Assembly (NCBI RefSeq): GCF_000307265.1
Contig: NZ_DF158896.1
Span: 1-21,314 of the forward strand
DNA length: 21,314 nt
Direction of reading: 5' to 3'
From: Oscillibacter ruminantium GH1
Lineage (GTDB): Bacteria; Bacillota; Clostridia; Oscillospirales; Oscillospiraceae
Shown here: positions 1 to 7,486 of the stretch, one piece after another
Layout: each line of letters opens with the position of its first letter
Position numbering within the stretch: position 1 is the stretch's first letter
Program-made: the position numbers and the translations under genes
Notes under the pieces: generated by a model
What the model was told of the DNA's origin: nothing
Databases searched by the model: none
What the model saw: the letters and a program-made list of their open reading frames with translations, nothing else

Positions 1-32
1 CTCTGATTTGTAAAAGTCAGAGTTTTGCATAT

Positions 33-108
33 TCCTCCTTAGCTCAGTTGGTAGAGCACGCGGCTGTTAACCGCGTTGTCGTTGGTTCGAGTCCAACAGG
101 GGGAGCCA
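33..108 (+). tRNA. tRNA-Asn (anticodon GTT)
   Basis: Cloverleaf read by eye. Acceptor tcctcct/aggggga, D-arm agctcagttggtagagc, anticodon loop CTGTTAA with GTT, T-arm gttgg-TTCGAGT-ccaac, and an encoded CCA at 106-108. Confidence 0.85.
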
Positions 109-118
109 AAAGAGCGTA

Positions 119-152
119 TTGCCGCCACTAGGTGGCGGCAATATTTCTCTTT
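119..152 (+). terminator. Intra-cluster hairpin (ttgccgccac-tag-gtggcggcaa) followed by a T-rich tract; possible attenuator or terminator between tRNA-Asn and tRNA-Met
   Basis: Perfect 10-bp inverted repeat at 119-141 followed by tatttctcttt. Confidence 0.4.
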
Positions 153-162
153 AAGTTGAATC

Positions 163-239
163 GGGCCTTTAGCTCAGTTGGTTAGAGCAGTCGGCTCATA
201 ACCGATCGGTCCCGGGTTCGAGTCCCCGAAGGCCCACCA
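163..239 (+). tRNA. tRNA-Met (anticodon CAT); elongator type, but tRNA-Ile2 (lysidine) cannot be excluded
   Basis: Acceptor gggcctt/aaggccc and anticodon loop CTCATAA. The anticodon stem lacks the G29-G31 triplet of initiator tRNAs. T-loop is TTCGAGT and a CCA is encoded at 237-239. Confidence 0.8.
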
Positions 240-276
240 ATTATGGTTTCGCCTGTTGGGGAGCCACAAGCGAGAT

Positions 277-352
277 AGGGGTATAGCTCAGTTGGTAGAG
301 CAGCGGTCTCCAAAACCGCGTGCCGAGGGTTCAAGTCCTTCTGCCCCTGCCA
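277..352 (+). tRNA. tRNA-Trp (anticodon CCA)
   Basis: Acceptor aggggta/tgcccct, anticodon stem gcggt/accgc with loop CTCCAAA, T-arm gaggg-TTCAAGT-ccttc, and CCA at 350-352. Confidence 0.8.
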
Positions 353-360
353 TAAAAGTC

Positions 361-389
361 TTTACAACGGCTGTTGTATGTGATATAAT
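361..389 (+). promoter_or_regulatory. Internal sigma-70-type promoter within the tRNA cluster (TTTACA-17-TATAAT with an extended -10 TG)
   Basis: tttaca at 361-366, a 17-nt spacer ending in tgtga, and TATAAT at 384-389. It lies just upstream of tRNA-Asp and tRNA-Thr. Confidence 0.45.
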
Positions 390-414
390 TCGTACGTTGT
401 CGAGCCGCAAATAT

Positions 415-491
415 GGCCCGGTAGTTCAGTTGGTTAGAACGCTAGCCTGTCACGCTAGAGGTCGACGGTTCGAGCCCGTTCCGGGTCGCCA
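415..491 (+). tRNA. tRNA-Asp (anticodon GTC)
   Basis: Acceptor ggcccgg/ccgggtc, anticodon stem ctagc/gctag with loop CTGTCAC, T-loop TTCGAGC, and CCA at 489-491. Confidence 0.85.
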
Positions 492-496
492 TAAAT

Positions 497-572
<76 letters not shown>

Positions 573-577
573 GAAAA

Positions 578-612
578 ATCCTTAGAACGTTCAGGTTCTA
601 AGGATTTTTTTG
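578..612 (+). terminator. Rho-independent terminator of the tRNA operon
   Basis: An 11-bp stem atccttagaac/gttctaaggat with a 6-nt loop, followed by 7 T. Confidence 0.8.
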
Positions 613-636
613 TGCTTTTATTTTTGGGGTATACAA

Positions 637-675
637 ATAGGCCGGGAAGATTACACGCTTCCCGACCTATTTTTT
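637..675. terminator. Second hairpin terminator (13-bp stem with one mismatch, then TTTTTT); A-rich on the other side, so possibly bidirectional
   Basis: ataggccgggaag ... cttcccgacctat followed by tttttt. Confidence 0.6.
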
Positions 676-782
676 GTAAACACAAAACTCAATTGTTTCG
701 AAGAAAGCTCTAAAAGGACCTATACTGGAAACCTTGTATGGCTTTCGCATTTCTATATCCTACATACATTGCGTAATTCATA

Positions 783-1307
783 ATGTGTTTGCTAGAGTGC
801 TTTCAGACTGTGCTCACCGCCCTGCGGGAAAAGCGCAAGCTGCGAGTCGAGTTTGCGGGGCGGCATGGTTGCCTGTGTCGCTGGGTCTGCGTCCCTTACC
901 GGTTAGAGTATTCCGCCAAGGATGATAAGTTCCGCCTGCTCACAGCCGGGGGTGCAAACAGTGTTACCGTCAATTTAGGCCGGATGACCCGCTGCGAACT
1001 GTTGGAGCCCTATTCCCCCAAAGCTTATCATCCGCCGCAGCCCCGCACCGAGACGCTGGTGCTGGAGCTTATCGATGAGCGCAACGCCCTGGAGCGGGTG
1101 ATGCTGCACTTTTCCCATCTGGAAAAGGAGACGGTGCGGCTGGAAAATCGGCGTTATCGTCTCACCCTGCGCTACGACCGGGAGGACCAAACAGAATTGC
1201 TCATCCGGGTACTCTCCTTTGGCCCCATGCTTCGGGTAGTGGCTCCGGACTCCTTTATCGAACAAATCAAATACCGACTGCAAAAACAGACAAGTTGCGG
1301 GCTCTAA
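783..1307 (+). pseudogene. WYL-domain plus C-terminal (WCX-like) regulator fragment. No N-terminal HTH is encoded upstream, so it is likely a 5'-truncated remnant of a WYL transcriptional regulator.
   Basis: The translation contains a WYL-like core (VPYRLEYS...DDKFRLL) and a C-terminal VLSFGPMLRVVAPDSFIEQI motif typical of PafBC/YafY-like proteins. The frame closes at a TAA at 774-776. The 170 bp upstream are AT-rich and non-coding, and there is no visible RBS. Confidence 0.5.
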
Positions 1308-1328
1308 AAGAGCTCGCAACTTTTTTTC
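1293..1328 (+). terminator. Rho-independent terminator after the WYL fragment
   Basis: agttgcgggctc-taaaa-gagctcgcaact (12 bp, one mismatch) followed by ttttttt. Confidence 0.7.
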
Positions 1329-1408
1329 CATGATTTTCTTCTGTGGGGCTGATATGCTGAGAGTGCCTCAAATCCTATGCGGGACATTGAAACCGTCCGC
1401 GGTGCCCA

Positions 1409-1523
1409 CTGCGCTGCAGTACCGGGTATGCCGGAGGAGAGGCAGTGGTAAGCCTTCGGGCGCGGGTTCGACTCCCGATTTTGGCAGCGCCGAAAGGCGT
1501 GGGTTCAAATCCCATTTGCGCAG
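1409..1523 (+). ncRNA. tRNA-like structured element with no anticodon arm (D-loop AGTGGTAA, two T-arm motifs TTCGACT and TTCAAAT, a GAAA-capped hairpin, and an outer stem ctgcgc/gcgcag). Either a Y-RNA-like tRNA mimic or degenerate tRNA 3' halves.
   Basis: Manual folding: ggc-AGTGGTAA-gcc at 1441-1454; cggg-TTCGACT-cccg at 1463-1477; gcgcc-GAAA-ggcgt at 1487-1500; tggg-TTCAAAT-ccca at 1500-1514; acceptor-like gccggag(1430-1436)/ttttggc(1479-1485); outer ctgcgc(1409-1414)/gcgcag(1518-1523). There is no anticodon stem-loop and no CCA. Confidence 0.4.
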
Positions 1524-1772
1524 TAATGCGCCACAGCCTGTTAAGCTGTCTTAAAAACAGAAGTTGTACCCCAATCCCCAGTCCTTTTGCCCATCGCGCG
1601 CTGCATGGGGGATAAGGGCGACGCCACCCGGCTCTGCCGGAATTCGGATACCGGCAACGCCGCGCTCCGGCCAAAGCAAATGCTTCCGCTGCTGCGCCGC
1701 CTGCCTCAAGAATTCCGCCGCCCCGTGGCGTGGGGCGGGTACAGCTTCCATACGAGAAAGGATGGAGACATC

Positions 1773-2879
1773 ATGAAAATAATTATTAATGAAAACGAGA
1801 GAGGCTTCCTCTTCAAAAACGGCAAGTACCTCCGTACTCTGGAGCCCGGAAAGCATGTCCTGCTGGGGCGGGGCTACGACGTGGAGCGGATGCCGGTAGA
1901 CACTTATCCCCTGTGTGTGGTGAACTGCGGTCTGGATACCCTGCTGGCGGACCCGGTACTGGCCAAGCAGCTGACCGTGACGGAGGTAGCCGACGAGACT
2001 CTTGCACTGCACTACATAGACGGGCGCTTTCAGGAGGCCCTCACCAGCGGCCGGTACGCCTTCTGGGCCATCAGCCAGAGCCACGAGTTCCGCACGGTGG
2101 ACATCCGGGAGCCTATGGCTCCTGCCGAGCTGCCCGCCGCCCTGTTTTCCAAAATGCCCGACGCCCTCTATAAGCGGGCGGAGGTACTCTCCTACCAAAA
2201 AGGCCGCCTGAGTGTGGGTGGAAAATTTGTCCGCCTGCTGGAGCCCGGCACCTATTTCTTCTGGAATAACGGCGCCAAGGTGGAAGTATCTCTCGTGGAT
2301 ACCCGCTTGCTGCAAATGAACGTTCAGGGGCAGGAAATGCTGACGCAGGATAAGGTGGCTGTGCGCATCAACTTCGTATGCCGCTATCGTATCGTGGACT
2401 TCGTCAAGGTCATGACTGAGATTGAGGACTACGAGGAGCAGATTCGGGTACTGGCCCAGCTGGCTCTGCGGGAGTATATCGGGCGCAGCCGCCTGGATGA
2501 ACTGCTGGAGAACAAAGAAAGACTGGCTGATTTTGTTCTGGCCCAGCTGAAAACCCGGGAAGAACAGTGCTTCGTCACCTTTTTCGATGCGGGCGTCAAG
2601 GACATGATCCTTCCCGGCGAGGTGCGGGAAATCATGAATACCGTTTTGATTGCTGAAAAGCGGGCTCAGGCCAATGTCATCACCCGCCGCGAAGAAGTAG
2701 CCTCCACCCGCAGCCTCTTGAACACCGCCAAACTCATGGAGGAAAATCCCACGCTGCTGCATCTCAAGGAGATGGAGTGCCTGGAGAAAATCTGCGAGAA
2801 TGTAGGCAACATCACCGTCAGCGGCACCGGCGACCTGCTGGGACAACTGGCGGGCATTATGAAAGGAACTATCACATGA
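1773..2879 (+). CDS. SPFH/band-7 (stomatin/prohibitin/flotillin/HflKC) domain protein. The N-terminal beta region is tandemly duplicated and no transmembrane segment is obvious.
   Basis: ATG 1773 preceded by aggatggag. SPFH-type core (VAVRINFVCRYRIVDF...IRVLAQLALREYIGRSRLDELL...GVKDMILPGEVREIM...AEKRAQANVI). The stop overlaps the rtcB start (ATGA). Confidence 0.75.
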   Translation: MKIIINENERGFLFKNGKYLRTLEPGKHVLLGRGYDVERMPVDTYPLCVVNCGLDTLLADPVLAKQLTVTEVADETLALHYIDGRFQEALTSGRYAFWAISQSHEFRTVDIREPMAPAELPAALFSKMPDALYKRAEVLSYQKGRLSVGGKFVRLLEPGTYFFWNNGAKVEVSLVDTRLLQMNVQGQEMLTQDKVAVRINFVCRYRIVDFVKVMTEIEDYEEQIRVLAQLALREYIGRSRLDELLENKERLADFVLAQLKTREEQCFVTFFDAGVKDMILPGEVREIMNTVLIAEKRAQANVITRREEVASTRSLLNTAKLMEENPTLLHLKEMECLEKICENVGNITVSGTGDLLGQLAGIMKGTIT

Positions 2880-4084
2880 TTACCGTACAGGGCGCTTACA
2901 ACAGCGCCGTTTGCTATACCGACATGCTGGAAAAAGCGGCGGCGGGACAGATCAAGGCCGTCTGCGACCAGAGCGCTTTTGCCGACTGCAAAATTCGCAT
3001 CATGCCGGATGTCCACGCCGGGATGGGCTGCACCATCGGCACTACCATGACCATCACCGACAAGGTGGTGCCCGGCATGGTGGGCGTGGACATCGGCTGC
3101 GGCGTGGAGACGGTGTGTATTGCTGAAAAGGAGCTTAACTTGGCCGCACTGGACGCCCTCATTCGCCGGGAGATTCCCTGTGGGCGGGAGATTCGGGATA
3201 CCGAGCACCAGTTCAACAAGGAAATAGACCTGACTGAGCTGCGCTGTGCAAACCAAGTGAATCTAGTGCGTGCCTGGCGCAGCATCGGCACTCTGGGCGG
3301 TGGTAACCACTTCATTGAGGTGGACCGGGGTGAAGATGGCGCACTCTATGTGGTGATCCACTCCGGCAGCCGCCACATTGGCAAAGAGGTGGCGAAATAC
3401 TATCAGGAGGAGGGCTTTCACGCCCTCTGCGGCAATGCCCGCTTCCAGTTGGACAAGGCCATTGCCCGCATGAAGGCCGAGGGGAACACCAAGGAAATCC
3501 ACAAGACCATCAAGAAGCTGAAATCACAGCGGGCCATGCTTACGCCCATGCCCAAGGATTTGTCCTATGTGGAGGGCAAGTTATTTGAAGACTATATCCA
3601 CGACATGAAGCTGATCCAGCGCTTTGCCGTCCTCAACCGTCAGGCCATGATGGAGGTGCTGCTCACCGGCATGGGGTTCACCGCTGTCGAGCGCTTCACC
3701 ACCATCCACAACTACATTGACACCGAGGAAATGATTCTGCGCAAGGGCGCGGTATCGGCCAAGCAGGGCGAAAAGCTGCTCATCCCCATCAACATGCGGG
3801 ACGGAAGCCTTATCTGTATGGGTAAAGGCAACGAGGACTGGAACTGCTCCGCGCCTCACGGAGCGGGGCGGCTTATGAGCCGCAAGGACGCCTTCGACCG
3901 CCTCTCCATGGAGGAATACAAGGAGCAGATGTCCGACATCTTCTCCACCTGCGTGGTGGCAGACACCTTGGACGAATCTCCCATGGCCTACAAGCCCATG
4001 GACGAAATCGTGGCGCAAATTGCGCCCACGGCGGAGATCGTCGACCGCATTAAGCCAATCTATAATTTTAAATCCACGGAATAA
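2876..4084 (+). CDS. rtcB: RNA-splicing ligase RtcB (3'-phosphate/5'-OH RNA ligase)
   Basis: Hallmark RtcB motifs PDVHAGMG, GGGNHF, HNYID and SAPHGAGR. The product is 402 aa. The start overlaps the SPFH stop by 4 nt. Confidence 0.9.
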   Translation: MITVQGAYNSAVCYTDMLEKAAAGQIKAVCDQSAFADCKIRIMPDVHAGMGCTIGTTMTITDKVVPGMVGVDIGCGVETVCIAEKELNLAALDALIRREIPCGREIRDTEHQFNKEIDLTELRCANQVNLVRAWRSIGTLGGGNHFIEVDRGEDGALYVVIHSGSRHIGKEVAKYYQEEGFHALCGNARFQLDKAIARMKAEGNTKEIHKTIKKLKSQRAMLTPMPKDLSYVEGKLFEDYIHDMKLIQRFAVLNRQAMMEVLLTGMGFTAVERFTTIHNYIDTEEMILRKGAVSAKQGEKLLIPINMRDGSLICMGKGNEDWNCSAPHGAGRLMSRKDAFDRLSMEEYKEQMSDIFSTCVVADTLDESPMAYKPMDEIVAQIAPTAEIVDRIKPIYNFKSTE

Positions 4085-4102
4085 GAAGGGAGGCAAGGCA
4101 AC

Positions 4103-4426
4103 ATGCAAGAACTGATCCAGCAAAAACTGTTGGAAATCGAGCGAACCCAGCAGGTTAAAATCCTATATGCCGCCGAGTCGGGCAGTCGCGCGTGGGGCTT
4201 TGCCTTGTCGGACAGCGACTACGATGTGCGCTTTCTCAACCTGCGCTGGGCGGAGGGCTATCTGAAAATTGACTGCCCACGGGATGTCATCGAATGGCGG
4301 TTGGACGAGTCCACAGAGGACATGGCAGAGGAGCTAGACACCCTGTTTTTTAAACTTCTATCTGCGGAGGGGAAAACAATATGCGGTTGTGGACCATTCA
4401 GCCTGCACACATCTATGAAGCCTTAA
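4103..4426 (+). CDS. Pol-beta-superfamily nucleotidyltransferase N-terminal domain (GS...DSDYD motif; resembles the RNA-repair-associated predicted NTase family). Probably the 5' part of a frameshifted gene.
   Basis: KILYAAESGSRAWGFALSDSDYDVRF matches the minimal NTase signature. A strong RBS agggagg lies 10 nt upstream. The last ~15 codons look unconstrained and overlap the next ORF. Confidence 0.6.
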   Translation: MQELIQQKLLEIERTQQVKILYAAESGSRAWGFALSDSDYDVRFLNLRWAEGYLKIDCPRDVIEWRLDESTEDMAEELDTLFFKLLSAEGKTICGCGPFSLHTSMKP

Positions 4427-4734
4427 AAGGCGGGTATGTCTATCGCTGTGACCCGGAAAAAGCGCAGCTACTTACAGAATCCAGTTTTGGCCCCGCCTAT
4501 GATTGGTTGTCTGAGCAGATGCGCCTGCGCATTGGCGCGCCACCTGACGGGGTCAAATATCCCGTGTGGGCATGGCACACACTGGAGTGGAAGCACAAAC
4601 GCCCGGACCTGAGGCGAGTAGAGTTTTGTACTTATCGTGCACAGCAGGTGTGCATGGAGATAGAAATCCCTGATACGCAAGTGCTTCTGAGCAACGAAGA
4701 TATGGTAAACTTATTTCATATATTTACTGAGTAA
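4381..4734 (+). CDS. Hypothetical protein (MRLWTIQ...). It may be the C-terminal part of the nucleotidyltransferase, reached by a -1 frameshift.
   Basis: Has its own RBS ggagggg, but overlaps the upstream ORF by 46 nt in a different frame. The combined length of about 210 aa would fit a full-length NTase of that family. Confidence 0.45.
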   Translation: MRLWTIQPAHIYEALKGGYVYRCDPEKAQLLTESSFGPAYDWLSEQMRLRIGAPPDGVKYPVWAWHTLEWKHKRPDLRRVEFCTYRAQQVCMEIEIPDTQVLLSNEDMVNLFHIFTE

Positions 4735-4855
4735 AACTATTTTGAAATGACAGTGAAGAAAAAATTGCCCTGAAAGGGTGTATTTATATTTGCTTGATTT
4801 GGATTCGGCGGATAAACATAATGAAAACGTCACTTTGAAAATAAGGGGGAACGAT

Positions 4856-5677
4856 TTGATTACTACAAACGACAAGCAATTCAATATGTTTCCCTCACAT
4901 GTAGGGCTACGAAAATATATTCTATATTACAATATCGTGTTTCCAGAAAATGATACGTTCATGGCACAATATACGCTTATGCCTAACGCTTGCGGAACAT
5001 TGACGCTTGCCTTTGATGGAACCGCTGTCATTGCTGAACTATGGGGAGCATCCCTGACACCTGTTTTGTTAGGGATGGAACCAAACAGTTATCATGTCCT
5101 GCTGCTGATCCAGCTTTCGCCCTATGGTTTGTATCAAATCACACGCCAAAGCCAAGCTGAGTTTGCTGATAAACGCCTTTCGCTTGCGGATATTGACTAT
5201 GAGCTATTTTATTCGCTGCATCAGGCTTTTGTAATGTCTAAAACCGCAACAGATTTGGCAAATGTTTGTGAAGAGGTTTTATACAGGCGTATGGAAAAGC
5301 ACGTTATTTCCGACGCTTTATTATTAGCGTCTACCGTGATTTCTGATAGCCATGGACAAGTACAAGTGAAAGAAGTCGCCCGGCAATCGGGTTACAGTGA
5401 GCGACAATTAAATCGCTTGTTTCTTGCCCAAATTGGAATGAATATTAAGGATTTTGCACGCCTAACCCGCTTTAACTATGTCTTAAAGCACATTCAAACA
5501 TCGCCTTGCTTCTTTGCGGCATTGTCGCAACAAGCCGGATATTTTGACCAAGCCCATTTTGATAAAGATTTCAAGGCTATAAGCGGTGTTTCACCTCAAG
5601 CCTATCTGAAAACAATGTCTGATTTTTACTATGACGGAACAGAGATATACGATACAATATCCTCAAAGGGGGATTGA
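4856..5677 (+). CDS. AraC-family transcriptional regulator (N-terminal ligand-binding domain plus C-terminal dual HTH)
   Basis: C-terminal AraC HTH signature (SGYSERQLNRLF...YFDQAHFDKDFKAISGVSPQAYLK). TTG 4856 sits 6 nt after the RBS aaggggg. The alternative starts are ATG 4778 and ATG 4886. Confidence 0.75.
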   Translation: MITTNDKQFNMFPSHVGLRKYILYYNIVFPENDTFMAQYTLMPNACGTLTLAFDGTAVIAELWGASLTPVLLGMEPNSYHVLLLIQLSPYGLYQITRQSQAEFADKRLSLADIDYELFYSLHQAFVMSKTATDLANVCEEVLYRRMEKHVISDALLLASTVISDSHGQVQVKEVARQSGYSERQLNRLFLAQIGMNIKDFARLTRFNYVLKHIQTSPCFFAALSQQAGYFDQAHFDKDFKAISGVSPQAYLKTMSDFYYDGTEIYDTISSKGD

Positions 5678-5680
5678 AAA

Positions 5681-6400
5681 ATGAAATATCAAGGTTGTCT
5701 TTTAGCGGTTAAAGATATATCCGCTTCTAAGCATTTTTATGAAAATGTGATTCATCAGAATGCGGTCATGGATATTGGCGTGCATGTAACCTTTGAGGGT
5801 TTTTCTCTGCAACAAGGATATGCCGAACTCGTCGGTGTGTCAGTCGATAGCGTGAAAGAGCAGTCACATAACTTTCAAGTCTATTTTGAAGTAGACGATT
5901 TGGATAAGGTGTATATTGAAATGAAAAGCATATCCGGCTTACAATGGGTGCATGAAATAAAGGAATACCCGTGGGGGCAGCGTGACATTCGAGTATATGA
6001 CCCCGATAAGCATATTGTAGAGATTGCAGAGGATATGAATACGGTAATCAAACGCTTTTTGAATCAGGGCATGTCGAAAGAAGAAGTTGCTAAGCGCACA
6101 ATGTTTCCCCTTGAAGTCGTAAACCAGTATGCGTTAGGCTTTGGTGAAGCAAAGCCGCTATTTTATTCCAAACAAGATCGGAGGAGACGGGCAATGAGTA
6201 AATATGATCCGCTTTGGAAGGCGATAGGTCAACACACGGAAAACAGCTTCACGCTGACCTATGCCGAGATTGAACAGATTCTGGACTTTCCTATCGACCA
6301 CGCCTTTTTAACCTTCAAGAAGGAACTGCCCGCCTACGGCTACGAGGTGGGTAAGATCTCCATGAAGGCACAGACGGTGACGTTCAAACGCTGCGTTTGA
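5681..6400 (+). CDS. VOC (glyoxalase/bleomycin-resistance fold) family protein carrying a ~65-aa C-terminal extension. The extension has its own internal SD-ATG.
   Basis: N-terminal ~125 aa have a VOC-like pattern (LAVKDISASKHFYENV...YFEVDDLD...DPDKHIVEI). There is an in-frame ggaggag-N7-ATG at 6181-6197 with no intervening stop. Confidence 0.55.
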   Translation: MKYQGCLLAVKDISASKHFYENVIHQNAVMDIGVHVTFEGFSLQQGYAELVGVSVDSVKEQSHNFQVYFEVDDLDKVYIEMKSISGLQWVHEIKEYPWGQRDIRVYDPDKHIVEIAEDMNTVIKRFLNQGMSKEEVAKRTMFPLEVVNQYALGFGEAKPLFYSKQDRRRRAMSKYDPLWKAIGQHTENSFTLTYAEIEQILDFPIDHAFLTFKKELPAYGYEVGKISMKAQTVTFKRCV

Positions 6401-6455
6401 CAAGCGGTTGCGTTTCTGCCATCATCGGCTTCACCCATCCAAGAGGAGGAACACT

Positions 6456-7178
6456 ATGAACTGGGAGCCATGGACAGGCTGTTACAAAATAAGTGATGGC
6501 TGTACAAATTGCTATTTTTATGGACCGTATGCAAAACGCTATGGTCAAAGCACAATACAAAAAACAGATAAATTTGATTGGCCTGTAAGGCAAAATGCAA
6601 AGGGCGAATACAACATTAAAGGAAACAAAATTCTTGCAACCTGCTTTGCGACTGACTTTTTCCTACCCGAAGCGGATGAGTGGCGTAAAGAAGTTTGGGC
6701 AATCATCAAAGAAAGAACAGATATTGATTTTTTGATTTTGACAAAGCGAATTGACCGCTTCCCCCAATCGCTTCCGTCTGATTGGGGGTCAGGCTATGAC
6801 AATGTGAATATTGGCTGTACTGTCGAAAATCAAGAATTAGCCGATTACAGACTCCCACTCTTTTTATCCTATCCGATTAAGCGGCGTTTTATTGCTTGCT
6901 CCCCACTTTTAGAAGCGATTGATTTAACACCCTATCTTCATGGAGTAGACCATGTTACTGTTGGCGGCGAAACAGGACGAGAAGCCCGTATGTGCGATTA
7001 TGATTGGGTACTTAATATCCGTGAACAATGCGTAAAAGCAGATGTAACCTTTTGGTTCAAGAATACAGGCTCACTTTTCAAACGTGACGGTGTAGTGGAA
7101 AAAATAAATCCATTTAAGCAAAACAGTGTGGCAAAAGAGCTCGATATTGATATTTCAGATGGGAAAAGATTGTTCTGA
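6456..7178 (+). CDS. DUF5131 / phage Gp37-Gp68 family protein
   Basis: N-terminal WxPWTGCxKISDGCxNCY motif, then FLILTKR...GCTVENQ...RFIACSPLLE...VGGETG...FWFKNTG, typical of this family. The RBS agaggagga lies 6 nt upstream. Confidence 0.7.
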   Translation: MNWEPWTGCYKISDGCTNCYFYGPYAKRYGQSTIQKTDKFDWPVRQNAKGEYNIKGNKILATCFATDFFLPEADEWRKEVWAIIKERTDIDFLILTKRIDRFPQSLPSDWGSGYDNVNIGCTVENQELADYRLPLFLSYPIKRRFIACSPLLEAIDLTPYLHGVDHVTVGGETGREARMCDYDWVLNIREQCVKADVTFWFKNTGSLFKRDGVVEKINPFKQNSVAKELDIDISDGKRLF

Positions 7179-7248
7179 TCAAATCAATGGAGCAAAGCAT
7201 TATTGCCTATTTTACTTCATGAATATTCTGAACGAACCAAATGAGAAA

Positions 7249-7407
7249 CCCCTCTATTAGTGACTAAGTTCATCTACACAATCAAATCTGACTTGCCACG
7301 AAATTGAGCCGCTGCACCTTACTTAGATGCAACGGCTCTTGATATATCTACATGCCCAAAATCGTCCAGAGTATCCTTGCAAAAGGATGGCGAACGGACT
7401 TTTTCAT
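7249..7407 (+). repeat. Intergenic repeat copy A (long form). A 5' part carrying the 10-bp hairpin gagccgctgca/tgcaacggctc, then the core ACATGCCCAAAATCGTCCAGAGTATCCTTGCAAAAGGATGGCGAACGG.
   Basis: About 85% identical over ~160 bp to copy B (7944-8105). The core is shared with copies at 12601, 18194 and 19559. All five copies are in the same orientation. Confidence 0.85.
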
Positions 7408-7444
7408 AGTATCTGTGTCCTTTCCATTGTTCATATTTGTTTAA

Positions 7445-7473
7445 TTGAAAGTTCCGCTTTACTATGGTAAACT
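7445..7473 (+). promoter_or_regulatory. Sigma-70 promoter TTGAAA-17-TAAACT for the ABM-like gene; part of a duplicated module (see 18295-18323)
   Basis: TTGAAA at 7445-7450, a 17-nt spacer, and TAAACT at 7468-7473. The sequence ctttactatggtaaa is conserved in the second copy. Confidence 0.6.
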
Positions 7474-7486
7474 CACTTTATATATC

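Noticed and set aside
1409-1523. A canonical tRNA gene (including tRNA-Sec or class II with a long variable arm)
   Set aside because: No anticodon stem-loop with a U33/R37 context could be built. The two T-loops lie in tandem and no CCA is present.
1551-2846. 431-aa minus-strand ORF
   Set aside because: It is fully antisense to the well-supported SPFH gene in GC-rich DNA. It has no recognisable motifs or RBS and is a typical high-GC spurious ORF.
2666-4123. Minus-strand ORFs 2666-3256, 2914-3315, 3263-3502 and 3581-4123
   Set aside because: They are antisense to rtcB, whose motifs are unambiguous. They lack RBSs.
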